Shown: piece after piece, positions 1 to 9,158 of the stretch | Position numbering within the stretch: the first letter of the stretch is position 1 | Layout of the letters: the number at the start of each line of letters is the position of its first letter | Source of the DNA: an uncultured Dehalococcoidales bacterium | GTDB taxonomy: Bacteria > Chloroflexota > Dehalococcoidia > GIF9 > AB-539-J10 | DNA: 60,027 nucleotides | Direction: 5' to 3' | NCBI GenBank assembly: GCA_964585315.1 | Contig: CAZPDE010000001.1 | Coordinates: forward strand, 1-60,027 | The notes under the pieces: generated by a model | Database searches by the model: none | Seen by the model: the letters and a program-made list of their open reading frames with translations, nothing else | What the model was told of the DNA's origin: nothing | Program-made: the position numbers and the translations under genes

Positions 1-1218
1 CAGTTTCTCGGCGACGGCGGCTGTTGTGCCGGAACCGCAGAAGAAATCTGCAACGATATCGCCTTCGTTGCTTGATGCTTTGATGATGCGCTCTACCAGG
101 GCTTCGGGTTTTTGGGTGGGGTAGCCAACTCTTTCTTTTGCAGTCGGCGCTAATAGAATGTCAGGCCATATTGATGGAGCAGCAACCCCAGGGCGTTCAT
201 CAAGATAGTACTTAATATAAGGTTGTCCAGTGCTGCTGTGGTACAGCTTTTCCTGCTTATCAAATTCCTCCATTTTTGCCTTTGAATATGCCCAAAATCG
301 TCCTTGTGGTGGCTTAACTCCTTTCCATTCGTAGGACGTATCACCGCCTGGCTTTGCAGCAGTAGGAGTAACTAGCCTATATCTACGTCCGTTTTCTATC
401 TTATTGTATTGCTGTTCAATTTGTGCATCGGAAAAAGGGATGTATTGGGTATTCCAAATAAATTGCTCAGGGTTCTTAGTGTAAAAACAAATGGAATCAT
501 GAACAATATCATATCTCCTTGCACCTTGTTTTGCATCACCATGTGCTGTTGTTCGCCGCCAGATTATCTCATTAGTAAAACCACTTTCACCAAACACCTC
601 ATCCAAAACCAACCGCATATAGCTATTCACCCGCCAGTCACAATGCACATAAATACTGCCATCCTCCGCCAATAAATCACGCATCAAAACCAACCGCTCA
701 TAAATCATGGCAATGAAACTGTCCGCCCCCCTGCCCCATGTATCACGGTAGGCGATTTCTTCCAGGATATTGGGCTTCTTGGTGAAGGTGTCGCCGCCAA
801 TCTCAATATCCATGGAAAAATCCGCACCCACATCAAATGGCGGGTCAATGTAGATTAGCTTGATGCCACCCTCCTTTTCGATTTCCTCACGGAGGGGTCC
901 GTTCTTGAGGCTGGATAGAATCAGTTTGTTATCGCCCCAGATGAGCTTGTTGGTCCAGCCCTTGAGCTGACGGCCGCGCTTGTCGATGTCAAAAAGCGCA
1001 AGCTGTATCCTGGTGTCCTTTTCGGCGCGAGGTTCGTCAACCTGTTCAATGACCTGAAAAGGCAACACTACATTGGAGACTTCATTAGTCTTGCCGTTCC
1101 ACACCAGCTCAACCTCCCGTTTCTCCTCAAACAGGAGAAACCGGTACTTGTCCGGCAACGGCTTCCCCGCTTCAAGGTATTGGGTGATGTCACGGATTTC
1201 ATTGTCAGTGAGTTTCAT
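1..1218 (-). CDS. DNA adenine methyltransferase, type III Mod-like / beta-class (partial, 3' end off window)
   Basis: Absent from the ORF track because no stop lies in the window. My minus-strand translation from ATG at 1218 gives [43 protein letters not shown]... Motif [12 protein letters not shown] comes first and motif [17 protein letters not shown] lies at the window edge (IV-before-I order). Confidence 0.8.
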   Translation of the reverse strand, partial: MKLTDNEIRDITQYLEAGKPLPDKYRFLLFEEKREVELVWNGKTNEVSNVVLPFQVIEQVDEPRAEKDTRIQLALFDIDKRGRQLKGWTNKLIWGDNKLILSSLKNGPLREEIEKEGGIKLIYIDPPFDVGADFSMDIEIGGDTFTKKPNILEEIAYRDTWGRGADSFIAMIYERLVLMRDLLAEDGSIYVHCDWRVNSYMRLVLDEVFGESGFTNEIIWRRTTAHGDAKQGARRYDIVHDSICFYTKNPEQFIWNTQYIPFSDAQIEQQYNKIENGRRYRLVTPTAAKPGGDTSYEWKGVKPPQGRFWAYSKAKMEEFDKQEKLYHSSTGQPYIKYYLDERPGVAAPSIWPDILLAPTAKERVGYPTQKPEALVERIIKASSNEGDIVADFFCGSGTTAAVAEKL

Positions 1219-1395
1219 ACGCTCCCCTGATTATGTATTATATCACTTGGCTGCCTGGTTTGGGGGGATAGGGCGCTGTGATAGCTGGGGGAATGTAACA
1301 TCCGAGTTCAGGCGCTGCACGGTGCTTGCAAAACCAGCCTTAATTTGAGGCTGTCCCTGGCGGTCGGAGTGCAAGGAGTTGTTAGACGGCCATCT

Positions 1396-2178
1396 TTAAT
1401 CAGTCTTTGACTCCAGTGACGTCTGCTCCTTGAGCTGTTTCAAGTAGTCAAGGATTGGTGTGTCGGGTAGACCATCTGCAATTGTTTGGCTATAGTCAAG
1501 GGCGGCTAGAAGTTCTTGGGCAGCAAGACTGGTGGTATCGCCATATGACTCCATCATTTGCATTGCTTGTTTTCGCAGATCCCCGATGGATTGCTTCATG
1601 GCTGGAATGATATCGGTGGGCATCCAGCCAGTTACATCACGTAGAATCTGACGTAGTTCAAGTTTCTGTTCTTTAGTGCCTTTGAACTTTTCTGGCCATT
1701 CCCATAGAAATCTTTGAAATTCAAGATAAAGGGCAAATACCCACGTCATGATAGGTTCGCCGCCTTCCACTGAGAAATCCATCATGCGTTGATCAAACAC
1801 AGTTGGCTGATAATGATACACCGTATTACGAAAGCGCCTTAACAAGCTGCAGTACTCTGGATAATCATTTAGCAATCCATCCACGACTTTGTCTCTATAC
1901 CCAAGATGTTGCCAGCCCTCAATGACGACCCACATACTCGCAAACCATTGAGCGCTAACTGCCACGAGATGCCACTCTGGGACCTCATCATCTGGTGGTA
2001 CCACATCGTTATGGTAGGAAATGAATCGGCGGCGCTGTAGGTCTGCCCAATACAGATACCTAGCCCACGAAACGAATCTATCGAATTCGATACTAAAATC
2101 AGTCTCCATCAGTAAAGCTCCACCGCTAGTTTCAGGCCGCCTAACGCCCGAATTCAGCCACCGCCAGGGAATATACAA
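1396..2178 (-). CDS. Hypothetical protein, no family recognised; likely true start METDFSIEF at 2109
   Basis: 260-aa ORF on the same strand directly upstream of the Mod-like gene. It is Trp/Tyr-rich and I can name no motif. Confidence 0.45.
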   Translation of the reverse strand: MYIPWRWLNSGVRRPETSGGALLMETDFSIEFDRFVSWARYLYWADLQRRRFISYHNDVVPPDDEVPEWHLVAVSAQWFASMWVVIEGWQHLGYRDKVVDGLLNDYPEYCSLLRRFRNTVYHYQPTVFDQRMMDFSVEGGEPIMTWVFALYLEFQRFLWEWPEKFKGTKEQKLELRQILRDVTGWMPTDIIPAMKQSIGDLRKQAMQMMESYGDTTSLAAQELLAALDYSQTIADGLPDTPILDYLKQLKEQTSLESKTD

Positions 2179-2362
2179 AACAACCCCTCGGTGGAACCAA
2201 CTCCAAATTCACCCAACCACAGTATAACCATCCAGAAGAGCGCTGACAAGCGACCTCCTTTGCCGTTCCGCCAGGGTGAATCGAAACTAAGTCACGACAG
2301 CAAGCCCAAGCCTATTTGGGGTCGCCCCTGGCGGTTGGAGTTCGTTGAGTTTGTTGGGTGGC

Positions 2363-2629
2363 TTACTCATAGTGAGTCCACATTCGGATCACCTTTACAA
2401 TCCGTTCCTCTTCAAGTATTTGATAGACCAAACGGTGCTGGATATTGATTCGACGGGAATAAGCTCCCGATAAATCTCCTACCAACTTTTCGAATGGCGG
2501 TGGCGTTTGAAAAGGGTCCGTGCAAAGTAAATCAATCAGTGGCGTTGCTTTGGACTTTAATCCGGCGGCTACCAGTTTTCGAGTATCCTTCTGAGCTTGT
2601 TTCGTGAAAACGACCTTCCAATTCACCAA
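2363..2629 (-). CDS. yoeB: Type II toxin YoeB/Txe (RelE fold)
   Basis: 88 aa with C-terminus RINIQHRLVYQILEEERIVKVIRMWTHYE, typical of YoeB. It overlaps the upstream antitoxin ORF by 7 nt. Confidence 0.85.
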   Translation of the reverse strand: MVNWKVVFTKQAQKDTRKLVAAGLKSKATPLIDLLCTDPFQTPPPFEKLVGDLSGAYSRRINIQHRLVYQILEEERIVKVIRMWTHYE

Positions 2630-2892
2630 TCAAGTTCCTCGGAGCATTCACTGACCGGCGTATTCAACCCTTCAATAATCGATTCTCGCATGCCTGGGGT
2701 CGAGAGCAGGTGCAAGGTCTCCTGAATTGAGCGCCAATCATCTTCTGCTACGAGAACCGCATTTGCCCGCTTCCCTGTTATGAGGACGGATTCGTGAGAT
2801 GTTGCTATCTCGTCGATTAATCGATAGAGTCTAGCTCTGGCATCCGTTGCTTTGAATGTAGTCATTATTAACCTCGTTATGAAATGTTTCAA
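2623..2892 (-). CDS. yefM: Type II antitoxin YefM/Phd family (probable start MTTFKATDARARL at 2862)
   Basis: The ORF contains ...ARARLYRLIDEIATSHESVLITGKRANAVLVAEDDWRSIQETLHLLS, the Phd/YefM pattern. It is paired with yoeB. Confidence 0.85.
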   Translation of the reverse strand: MKHFITRLIMTTFKATDARARLYRLIDEIATSHESVLITGKRANAVLVAEDDWRSIQETLHLLSTPGMRESIIEGLNTPVSECSEELDW

Positions 2893-2963
2893 AATGATGA
2901 TACGCTATAACGTACGCATTGTCAAGTAAGACTCTCACCCACTACACAAGCCTCTTAGCCTAT

Positions 2964-4055
2964 TTAGACATTAAATAAAAAGGTAACTATATCTCCATCC
3001 TGGACAATGCAATTCTTGCCTTCTGTTCTGAGTAAACCTCTTTTCCTCGCCTCAACAAGATTACCACACCTCTCCAAATCGCTGTAGCTGACTACCTCAG
3101 CTCGGATAAACCCCCTTTCCATATCGGAATGAACTTTCCCTGCCGCCTTCGGCGCAGCGCTACCACTATGTATAGTCCATGCTTTTAATTCAGCGGAGGC
3201 CGTGGTAAAGAAGGAGATTAAACCTAGAAGGTGATAGGAAAGGTCGATAACTCGGTCAAGCGCCGGTGTAGTTAGTCCCAATGCCTCACGGAATTCTTTG
3301 GCTTCAGTGTCGCTGAGCTGAGATAGCTCCATCTCCAGCTTGCCGCATAATGCTACCACAGCAAATTGGGGATAAAGTAACATTATCTCGCTCTCCAATT
3401 GTGCAGCTTGTGGTATTTGCGCCTCTCCAATGTTAAGGACAACCAGCAGCGGCTTCGCAGTGAGAAACTGGTAATTAGACAACATTTTAAGTTCATCCTC
3501 AGCTAAGCCCTGCTGCCTGATTGGTATTTCTTTCTCCAATTCTGCCTTAATCTTTTGCAATAGGACTTGCTCTTTCAGGTATAATCCGCGCTCCGTGGTT
3601 TTGGCTCCTTTTAGAGTTTTCTCCAGCCTCTCAAGTCTTCTTTCGATAATGGTTAAATCCGAGAAGGCGAGCTCTAAATCCAGGGTAGCCATATCTCGTT
3701 TGGGGTCTACGCTTCCTTCAGGATGGGGGGAATTCGCATCTTCAAAAATTCGAACTACTTGTATCAAAGCATCGGCGGTAATTAGATAGTTCAATAGCTC
3801 TCCTCTTATTCCTTCCTCAATGCCAAAAGTTTTGGGTGAGCCGGCAATATCTATATAATTTACTTCTGCAGGAACGGTCTTCTTAGGCTGAAATATATTT
3901 TCCAGCGTTGATAATCGTGGGTCAGGCACTTTAGCCACACCGGTGTTTGGGGCTAGGGAAGGAGAATAAGTGGCAACTTCAGCCTTGCCTCTGATTAAGG
4001 CATTAAAAATTGTTGTTTTGCCGCTCTTGGGCAGCCCGATAATGGCAATCTTCAC
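2964..4055 (-). CDS. ychF: Ribosome-binding ATPase YchF
   Basis: 363 aa with P-loop IIGLPKSGKTTIFNAL and a TGS-like C-terminus GKNCIVQDGDIVTFLFNV. Confidence 0.93.
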   Translation of the reverse strand: MKIAIIGLPKSGKTTIFNALIRGKAEVATYSPSLAPNTGVAKVPDPRLSTLENIFQPKKTVPAEVNYIDIAGSPKTFGIEEGIRGELLNYLITADALIQVVRIFEDANSPHPEGSVDPKRDMATLDLELAFSDLTIIERRLERLEKTLKGAKTTERGLYLKEQVLLQKIKAELEKEIPIRQQGLAEDELKMLSNYQFLTAKPLLVVLNIGEAQIPQAAQLESEIMLLYPQFAVVALCGKLEMELSQLSDTEAKEFREALGLTTPALDRVIDLSYHLLGLISFFTTASAELKAWTIHSGSAAPKAAGKVHSDMERGFIRAEVVSYSDLERCGNLVEARKRGLLRTEGKNCIVQDGDIVTFLFNV

Positions 4056-4105
4056 AGCTATATCCTATCATATTTTGGCTTTACCCTGATAAAATACTAC
4101 AGAGA

Positions 4106-5110
4106 ATGTTTTATATTTTCTACGGTCAGGATGATCTTTCTCGTTACCAAGCTGTAGAGGCAATTAAAAATGGCTTGGGCGACCAGGAAATGTTAGCGGT
4201 TAATACCACCAGTCTAGATGGTCAGCATCTAACTTTAAATGAGCTTAGGGATAAATGTGGCGCTGCTCCCTTTTTGTCCCCACACCGATTGGTTATAGTT
4301 AACGGCCTGCTACAACGTTTTGAGCCAAAGCGAGGCAGCTTGCGAGCTGGCAAACGCGCCGCCGCTGAACCTCAAAGCAAGTTGCGAGAGTGGCAAGATA
4401 TGGTTTCTTACATTGAGCAAATGCCCATGACCACTGTGTTGATATTAGTTGATGGCAAGATAAGTGGCTATAATCCCCTGTTAAAGAAAGTTTCGCCATT
4501 AGCTAAAGTGAAGACCTTCTCTTTGTTACAAGGCAAGAGCTTGAGAATCTGGATACAACAGCGAGTCAACAATGAAAGTGGCAGTATCACTCCTCAGGCA
4601 GTGAATTTGCTCGCTGAACTCATAGGGGGAAATCTATGGGCAATGAGTAATGAAATCCAGAAGCTGCTTCTTTATAGTCAAGGATGCGCTATCGATGAGG
4701 CTGATGTCAAGCAACTGGTGAGCTATGCCCAGGAAGCTAGCATCTTTCCCTTGGTGGATGCAGTTCTCGAAAGTCAAAGCAGGATAGCCCAAAGAATATT
4801 GCATCAACTATATCAGGAAGGCGCCGCCCCAGCCTATATTCTAGTCATGATTACCAGGCAGTTCCGCTTGATAGCATTAGCCAAGGGGTTGGAGCCTGGC
4901 CTATCCCATTTGCAGATTCAAAATAGGGTAGGCATATCGGGTTACGGTTTAGATAAAACACTCAGGCAAGCCAAATTGTATGATTTTAAGCGTATAAAAC
5001 AGGCTTACGCTAAGCTTTTGGAAACGGACATCGCTATCAAAACTGGTAAATATAATGAGAAATTAGCACTGGAACTTTTAGTAGCTGAGCTTGCCAGCCC
5101 ACGAGTCTAA
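4106..5110 (+). CDS. holA: DNA polymerase III delta subunit
   Basis: 334 aa. N-terminus MFYIFYGQDDLSRYQAVEAIK and overall length fit HolA. Confidence 0.8.
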   Translation: MFYIFYGQDDLSRYQAVEAIKNGLGDQEMLAVNTTSLDGQHLTLNELRDKCGAAPFLSPHRLVIVNGLLQRFEPKRGSLRAGKRAAAEPQSKLREWQDMVSYIEQMPMTTVLILVDGKISGYNPLLKKVSPLAKVKTFSLLQGKSLRIWIQQRVNNESGSITPQAVNLLAELIGGNLWAMSNEIQKLLLYSQGCAIDEADVKQLVSYAQEASIFPLVDAVLESQSRIAQRILHQLYQEGAAPAYILVMITRQFRLIALAKGLEPGLSHLQIQNRVGISGYGLDKTLRQAKLYDFKRIKQAYAKLLETDIAIKTGKYNEKLALELLVAELASPRV

Positions 5111-5173
5111 ACTATCTAGTTTTTAGTATTTGTAGATTCTTTTGATATTGGCTCACCTCCTTCTACATTTCTA

Positions 5174-5222
5174 GGCTGTTTAATTTTGTTTTTCTGTTCG
5201 ATTTTGGGCATTTTGGACTCTC
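5174..5222 (-). repeat. Family D copy D1 (core plus tail)
   Basis: The reverse complement reads gagagtccaaaatgcccaaaatcgaacagaaaaacaaaattaaacagcc. Confidence 0.8.
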
Positions 5223-5225
5223 ATG

Positions 5226-5288
5226 GCGGGGATAAACCCCGCCACTACAATTATAACGCCTCCGTAGGGTCGGGGCTTGTCCCCGACC
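5226..5288. repeat. Family E: two GC-rich hairpins
   Basis: ggcgggg-ataaa-ccccgcc and ggtcgggg-cttgt-ccccgacc. Confidence 0.8.
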
Positions 5289-5293
5289 AGTTT

Positions 5294-5357
5294 CCCTCGT
5301 TCAATCTTGGGCCTTTTGGAGAGTCTTCAGCCCCTAATTAAATCCTAAACTCTAAAC
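5294..5357 (-). repeat. Family D copy D2 (head plus core)
   Basis: The reverse complement reads gtttagagtttaggatttaattaggggctgaagactctccaaaaggcccaagattgaacgaggg. Confidence 0.85.
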
Positions 5358-5513
5358 AAATATCAAAAATCAAAGATAAAAAATTAAAATTACAGATTAA
5401 AACTCAAAATTTTTAGCTTAGCTTTGTCATTTTGCATTTTGACTTTTGACCTTTGATTTTTAATTTTCTTTTAGTATTTCTAGTCAATTAGGCAGCTACA
5501 TTTTTGAAACAGC
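5358..5513. repeat. Family C AT-rich module block
   Basis: 5426-5513 (gtcattttgcattttgacttttgacctttgatttttaattttcttttagtatttctagtcaatta...) is near-identical to 19831-19911. Confidence 0.85.
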
Positions 5514-6359
5514 TTACATTTTAGGAGGGCTATTGCCAAAGTAAACTTTAGTGTGAGGCCAGGGAATTTCAATTCCTTCCTTATCAAAGGTTCTCTTGAG
5601 CCTGAGGCGCAGTTCCCCCATTATGTCCCACTGGCGCATTGGTTTAGTGTTTCCCAGTATTTTAATGCCAATGCCTGAATCACCTAAGTTATCCACCCTG
5701 AGCACCTGTGGTGTATTGATAAAGTCTGCCTTCCATTTGGGGTCTTCCGCCATTTCTTTACACACTTTATTTATGATTTCAATAACATGATCAAGATCCT
5801 CTCCATAGGCTACCGAGATATTCATGTTTACCCTGGCATAATCCTTAGTAAAATTGCTGGCTATTTTAATTTCACTATTAGGTATGGAGTGCACTGTGCC
5901 ATCGAAATCTCTGAGAACAGTGCGTCTTAAATTTATTTCCTCAACTGACCCAGCAATGCCAGCAACTTTAACCCAGTCTCCTATCCTATATTGGTTTTCC
6001 AGCAGGATGAAAATACCGCTAAGCACATCCCTGATTAGACTCTGGGCGCCAAAGCCTACAGCAATGCCTATAATGCCCAGCCCGGCTAATATCGCACCAA
6101 TATTCACACCAAATTCAGGAAGTATGGTAATAATGGCAAAAATGGCAATGACGACTATGGCGGTATTAGTAAGAACCGAGGATAAAGTATTAACTCTCTT
6201 TTTAATCTCTTCTTCAGGCTGTCCTTTCATTCGTAGTGCCACTGTTCTTTTGACCAGTGGAGGCGCAAAATGACGTAGCAAAAAATATAAAGCGACAGCA
6301 AGAATAATGATAACGAGGACAGGAATGCCATGCGTGTTAAACCAATCAATCATGCTCAT
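5514..6359 (-). CDS. Small-conductance mechanosensitive channel (MscS family)
   Basis: 281 aa with N-terminal TM helices followed by NQYRIGDWVKVAGIAGSVEEINLRRTVLRDFDGTVHSIPNSEI, the MscS beta-domain signature. Confidence 0.9.
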   Translation of the reverse strand: MSMIDWFNTHGIPVLVIIILAVALYFLLRHFAPPLVKRTVALRMKGQPEEEIKKRVNTLSSVLTNTAIVVIAIFAIITILPEFGVNIGAILAGLGIIGIAVGFGAQSLIRDVLSGIFILLENQYRIGDWVKVAGIAGSVEEINLRRTVLRDFDGTVHSIPNSEIKIASNFTKDYARVNMNISVAYGEDLDHVIEIINKVCKEMAEDPKWKADFINTPQVLRVDNLGDSGIGIKILGNTKPMRQWDIMGELRLRLKRTFDKEGIEIPWPHTKVYFGNSPPKM

Positions 6360-6452
6360 TCTTCTGGGAAGCTTGTATTTACAAAGCCTCTTTGCCCAAT
6401 AACAATGTTTATGCTAGCATAGTTAAGGTTGGGCATCAATTGGCAGCTATAA

Positions 6453-9107
6453 ATGACCAGTGACGAAATTAGACAAACCTTTCTGGAGTTCTTTCGGGAT
6501 AGAGGTCATAAAATTATCCCTAGTTCCTCTCTAATCCCTTACCGAGATCCAACCTTACTGTTGACTACCGCTGGCATGGTACAAATCAAACCATATTTCC
6601 TGGGATTAGAAGTTCCCCCTAGCCAGCGCTTAGCTTCTTGCCAGAAGTGCTTTCGCACTACCGATATAGATTCGGTTGGTGATAGCAAGCATCTTACTTT
6701 CTTTGAGATGCTGGGAAACTTCAGCGTGGGTGATTACTTCAAGAAGGAAGCTATTTCCTGGGCATGGGAGTTTGTCACGCAAGAGCTGAAGTTAGCCGAA
6801 GAACGGCTGTGGGTGACTATTTATCTTGATGATGATGAGGCTTTTGCCTATTGGCGACAAATTGGAATTCCCGCTGAGAGGATATTGCGATTTGGCAAGG
6901 AGGATAATTTCTGGGGTCCGGCTGGCAATTCCGGACCTTGTGGACCATGCAGCGAAATCCATTATGACCTGGGGGAGGAATTCGGCTGCGGTAAGCCTGA
7001 ATGTCAGCCTAATTGCGATTGTGGTCGCTTCTCTGAAATCTGGAATCTGGTATTTACCCAGTATAATCAGGGCACGGATGGTAGTCGCACCCCTCTACCC
7101 AAGCCAAATATTGATACAGGGCTGGGCTTGGAAAGGACTGCGGCTGCTGTACAGGGTAAATCTTCAGTTTATGAAACTGACCTTTTAACACCATTGATTG
7201 AGCGAGTTTGCCAATTGGCGGGGAAAAACTATGGCAAGGACGAAGATATTGACCGAGCCATTAGAATTGTTGCTGAGCATAGTCGTGGCGCTGTTTTTCT
7301 TATTACTGATGGCGTTTCACCCTCTAATGAGGGAAGAGGCTATGTATTACGCCGAGTGTTGCGTCGCGCCTCTCTTTTCGGTAGAAGGCTGGGCTTGGAC
7401 AAGCCCTTTCTCAGCGAAATTGCCGAGGTGGCGATTGATAAAATGGGTCATATGTACCCTGAATTAGTTGCTAATCAAGGCTTGATTGGCGAGGTAATTA
7501 AAGCTGAGGAGGGAAAGTTTATTTTTACTTTGGATGCCGGGCTTAACCTGGTGGAAAGGCTTGTGGGTGAGGCTTTGGACCAAGGGAGGGAGTGGCTATC
7601 AGGTGAGGAAGTATTTAGGCTCTATGATACTCATGGTTTTCCCCCAGAACTAACTGCTGAAATTGCCAAGGAAAGAGGTCGTTCCGTAGATTCAAAGGGC
7701 TTTGAAGCTGAGATGGAAAAGCAGCGAGAAAGAGCCAGGGCAGCACATGCTTTTATTAAGCCGGGCGAAGTTAGAGAATTTATTAAGTCAGGTGAAATTA
7801 GAGAAATAGCATTAGCACCAACATTTTTTGTTGGCTACGAAAGCATTGCCTCGCAATCTAAGGTTCTTGAGCTTATAGTTAAGGGGAAGCCCGAGGAAGA
7901 AAGTGCTTATAAAGGCGAAGAGGTTGACATAATTCTGGACAAGACTCCTTTCTATGGCGAGATGGGTGGGCAAGTAGGCGATACTGGTGAAATCAGCAGC
8001 GATAGAGGAAAAGCCGCTATAACAAATACTATTAGAAATCCATCAAATGTGATAATCCATCAAGGAAAAGTTATCGAGGGCAACATTTCTGTTGGCGATG
8101 AAGTAGAGGCAACCATTGATATTGCTCGCCGTTGGGACATCGCTCGCAACCATACTGCCACTCATCTCCTCCATGCTGCTTTAAGGCAAATATTGGGCAG
8201 TCATGTTCAACAAAGAGGGTCGCTGGTAGAACCAGAAAGATTCAGATTCGACTTCTCTCACCTAGCATCTATAACTGAGGAGCAACTGATACAAGTCCAG
8301 GAATGGATTAACGAGAAAATACGCCAGAACTTGTCAGTGAGAGCAAAAAAGGATATCCCTTACAATCAAGCCATCGCCGAAGGTGCTATCGCTTTGTTTG
8401 AGGAAAAATATGGAGAAACGGTTCGGGTAGTGGAAATTGGTGAGCCAGCGGTAAGCAAGGAGCTTTGCGGTGGCACCCATATTAAGTCAACAGGGGAAAT
8501 AGGCTTTTTCCTTATAACCAGTGAAAGCAGCATTGGCACTGGACTTCGCCGCATTGAAGCCGTAACTGGCAGGGCTGCAGAATCTTTAACAGAGAGGCGC
8601 CTATTTGCTTTGCAAAGTGTTGCCAATCAAGTAGAGAGCTCAGTTGTAGAGGTTGATAATAAGGTGAAAAGCATTGTTAGTGAGCTAGAAATAGAGCGCA
8701 AGCACTCGCTGTGGCTAGAAAAGGAGCTATCACGCAAAATAGCTGAATCCTTGCTTCAGCAAACAGAGCAAGTCAACGATGTGACAGTGCTATCTGCTAA
8801 AGTGCCACCGCTAACTATGCCCATACTTAGAGAAATGGGCGACATACTGCGGGACAGGCTGAAGAGCGTCATAATAGTTCTGGCTACGGTTTACGATAAT
8901 AAGCCCAACTTTTTGGCCATGGTAACTCCTGACTTAGTGGCTAAGGGATTTCGTGCCGATAACATTGTTAGGCAAGTAGCTAAAGTTACCGGAGGTGGCG
9001 GCGGCGGCAAGGCAAGCATAGCTCAGGCAGGCGGCAAAGATATATCTAAAATTGACGAAGCTCTGAATTTAGTTAGTAAGCTGGTTCGAGGGAAAATGGT
9101 ATCTTGA
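6453..9107 (+). CDS. alaS: Alanine--tRNA ligase
   Basis: 884 aa with FLEFFRDRGHKIIPSSSLIP, FFEMLGNFSVGDYFK, the editing-domain HTATHLLHAAL motif and the C-terminal GGGGGGKASIAQAGG. Confidence 0.97.
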   Translation: MTSDEIRQTFLEFFRDRGHKIIPSSSLIPYRDPTLLLTTAGMVQIKPYFLGLEVPPSQRLASCQKCFRTTDIDSVGDSKHLTFFEMLGNFSVGDYFKKEAISWAWEFVTQELKLAEERLWVTIYLDDDEAFAYWRQIGIPAERILRFGKEDNFWGPAGNSGPCGPCSEIHYDLGEEFGCGKPECQPNCDCGRFSEIWNLVFTQYNQGTDGSRTPLPKPNIDTGLGLERTAAAVQGKSSVYETDLLTPLIERVCQLAGKNYGKDEDIDRAIRIVAEHSRGAVFLITDGVSPSNEGRGYVLRRVLRRASLFGRRLGLDKPFLSEIAEVAIDKMGHMYPELVANQGLIGEVIKAEEGKFIFTLDAGLNLVERLVGEALDQGREWLSGEEVFRLYDTHGFPPELTAEIAKERGRSVDSKGFEAEMEKQRERARAAHAFIKPGEVREFIKSGEIREIALAPTFFVGYESIASQSKVLELIVKGKPEEESAYKGEEVDIILDKTPFYGEMGGQVGDTGEISSDRGKAAITNTIRNPSNVIIHQGKVIEGNISVGDEVEATIDIARRWDIARNHTATHLLHAALRQILGSHVQQRGSLVEPERFRFDFSHLASITEEQLIQVQEWINEKIRQNLSVRAKKDIPYNQAIAEGAIALFEEKYGETVRVVEIGEPAVSKELCGGTHIKSTGEIGFFLITSESSIGTGLRRIEAVTGRAAESLTERRLFALQSVANQVESSVVEVDNKVKSIVSELEIERKHSLWLEKELSRKIAESLLQQTEQVNDVTVLSAKVPPLTMPILREMGDILRDRLKSVIIVLATVYDNKPNFLAMVTPDLVAKGFRADNIVRQVAKVTGGGGGGKASIAQAGGKDISKIDEALNLVSKLVRGKMVS

Positions 9108-9112
9108 ACAAA

Positions 9113-9140
9113 GTCATTGCGAGCGAAGCGAAGCAATCTC
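9113..9140 (+). repeat. Family A copy A1, minimal 28-nt unit, alaS-ruvX intergenic
   Basis: gtcattgcgagcgaagcgaagcaatctc, with attgc/gcaat inverted termini. Confidence 0.85.
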
Positions 9141-9158
9141 ATAGGATTTAATCTTAAA

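Noticed and set aside
5340-5513. Considered whether the AT-rich repetitive spacers here, and at 19620-19915, 44853-45112 and 48890-49075, are CRISPR arrays.
   Set aside because: There are no regularly spaced identical direct repeats with unique spacers. The units are heterogeneous, nested and occur in both orientations, and no cas genes are in the window.
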